DNA of 63,026 nt, counting the filler, from Diploschistes diacapsis (taxonomy: Eukaryota): the NCBI GenBank assembly GCA_023645945.1. It is 6 parts of 6 records of this genome, joined end to end, with 100 filler letters (N's around TTAATTAATTAA, not from the genome) between each part and the next. Parts side by side here need not be neighbours in the genome. Positions count along the whole stretch, not along the records: positions 52,622 to 63,026 come from JALAIB010000929.1; 5 more parts are not named here. The stretch is one strand, 5' to 3'. The position numbers and the translations under genes were made by a program. Of this stretch, positions 62,969 through 63,026 are shown piece after piece (within the stretch, counting starts at the first letter, position 1; every line of letters starts with the position of its first letter). The notes beneath the pieces are model-generated. The model saw nothing but the letters and a program-made list of their open reading frames with translations. It had not been told where the DNA came from and searched no databases.

Positions 62969-63026
62969 AGCCGCAAACCCAAGGACAGGAACGAAAGCCG
63001 TAGCAGGCATACGATAGGAACAAGAA

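Noticed and set aside
61300..63026. Short ORFs at the window end
   Set aside because: Low-complexity pyrimidine and homopolymer tracts typical of promoter/UTR sequence; no protein motifs.

Overview
This is fungal (Pezizomycotina ascomycete) genomic DNA with spliceosomal introns. It is not one locus. Six unrelated contigs of about 10.4 kb, in descending size (10434, 10429, 10426, 10425, 10407, 10405 bp), are joined by artificial 100-nt N-TTAATTAATTAA-N spacers. Contig 1: a nest of RIP-mutated transposon remnants, including an intact hAT-type MITE with an 8-bp TSD, then a 4-gene secondary-metabolism-like cassette (2OG-Fe(II) dioxygenase, FSH1 serine hydrolase, PTH11-like membrane protein, MFS efflux pump). 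Contig 2: F-box protein, GIS2/CNBP zinc knuckle, a disordered protein with an Acm1-like ABBA-KEN-D-box array and an MCB-rich promoter (best novelty candidate), a DUF202 protein and a cytochrome b2 pseudogene. Contig 3: about 5 kb of unassignable DNA, a frameshifted coiled-coil ORF, a CAP/PRY protein, RSA4 and a RIP-mutated Fot1/pogo transposon. Contig 4: WD40 protein, SPO22, AcuM/Rds2. Contig 5: ICP55, KAR5, GH128, MRPL6 and a Cue2/Smr-like gene. Contig 6: ArgRS with a probable mitochondrial presequence, an MCT-type MFS transporter and DUF3431. All calls come from manual translation and motif recognition. Exon boundaries and some start codons are approximate.
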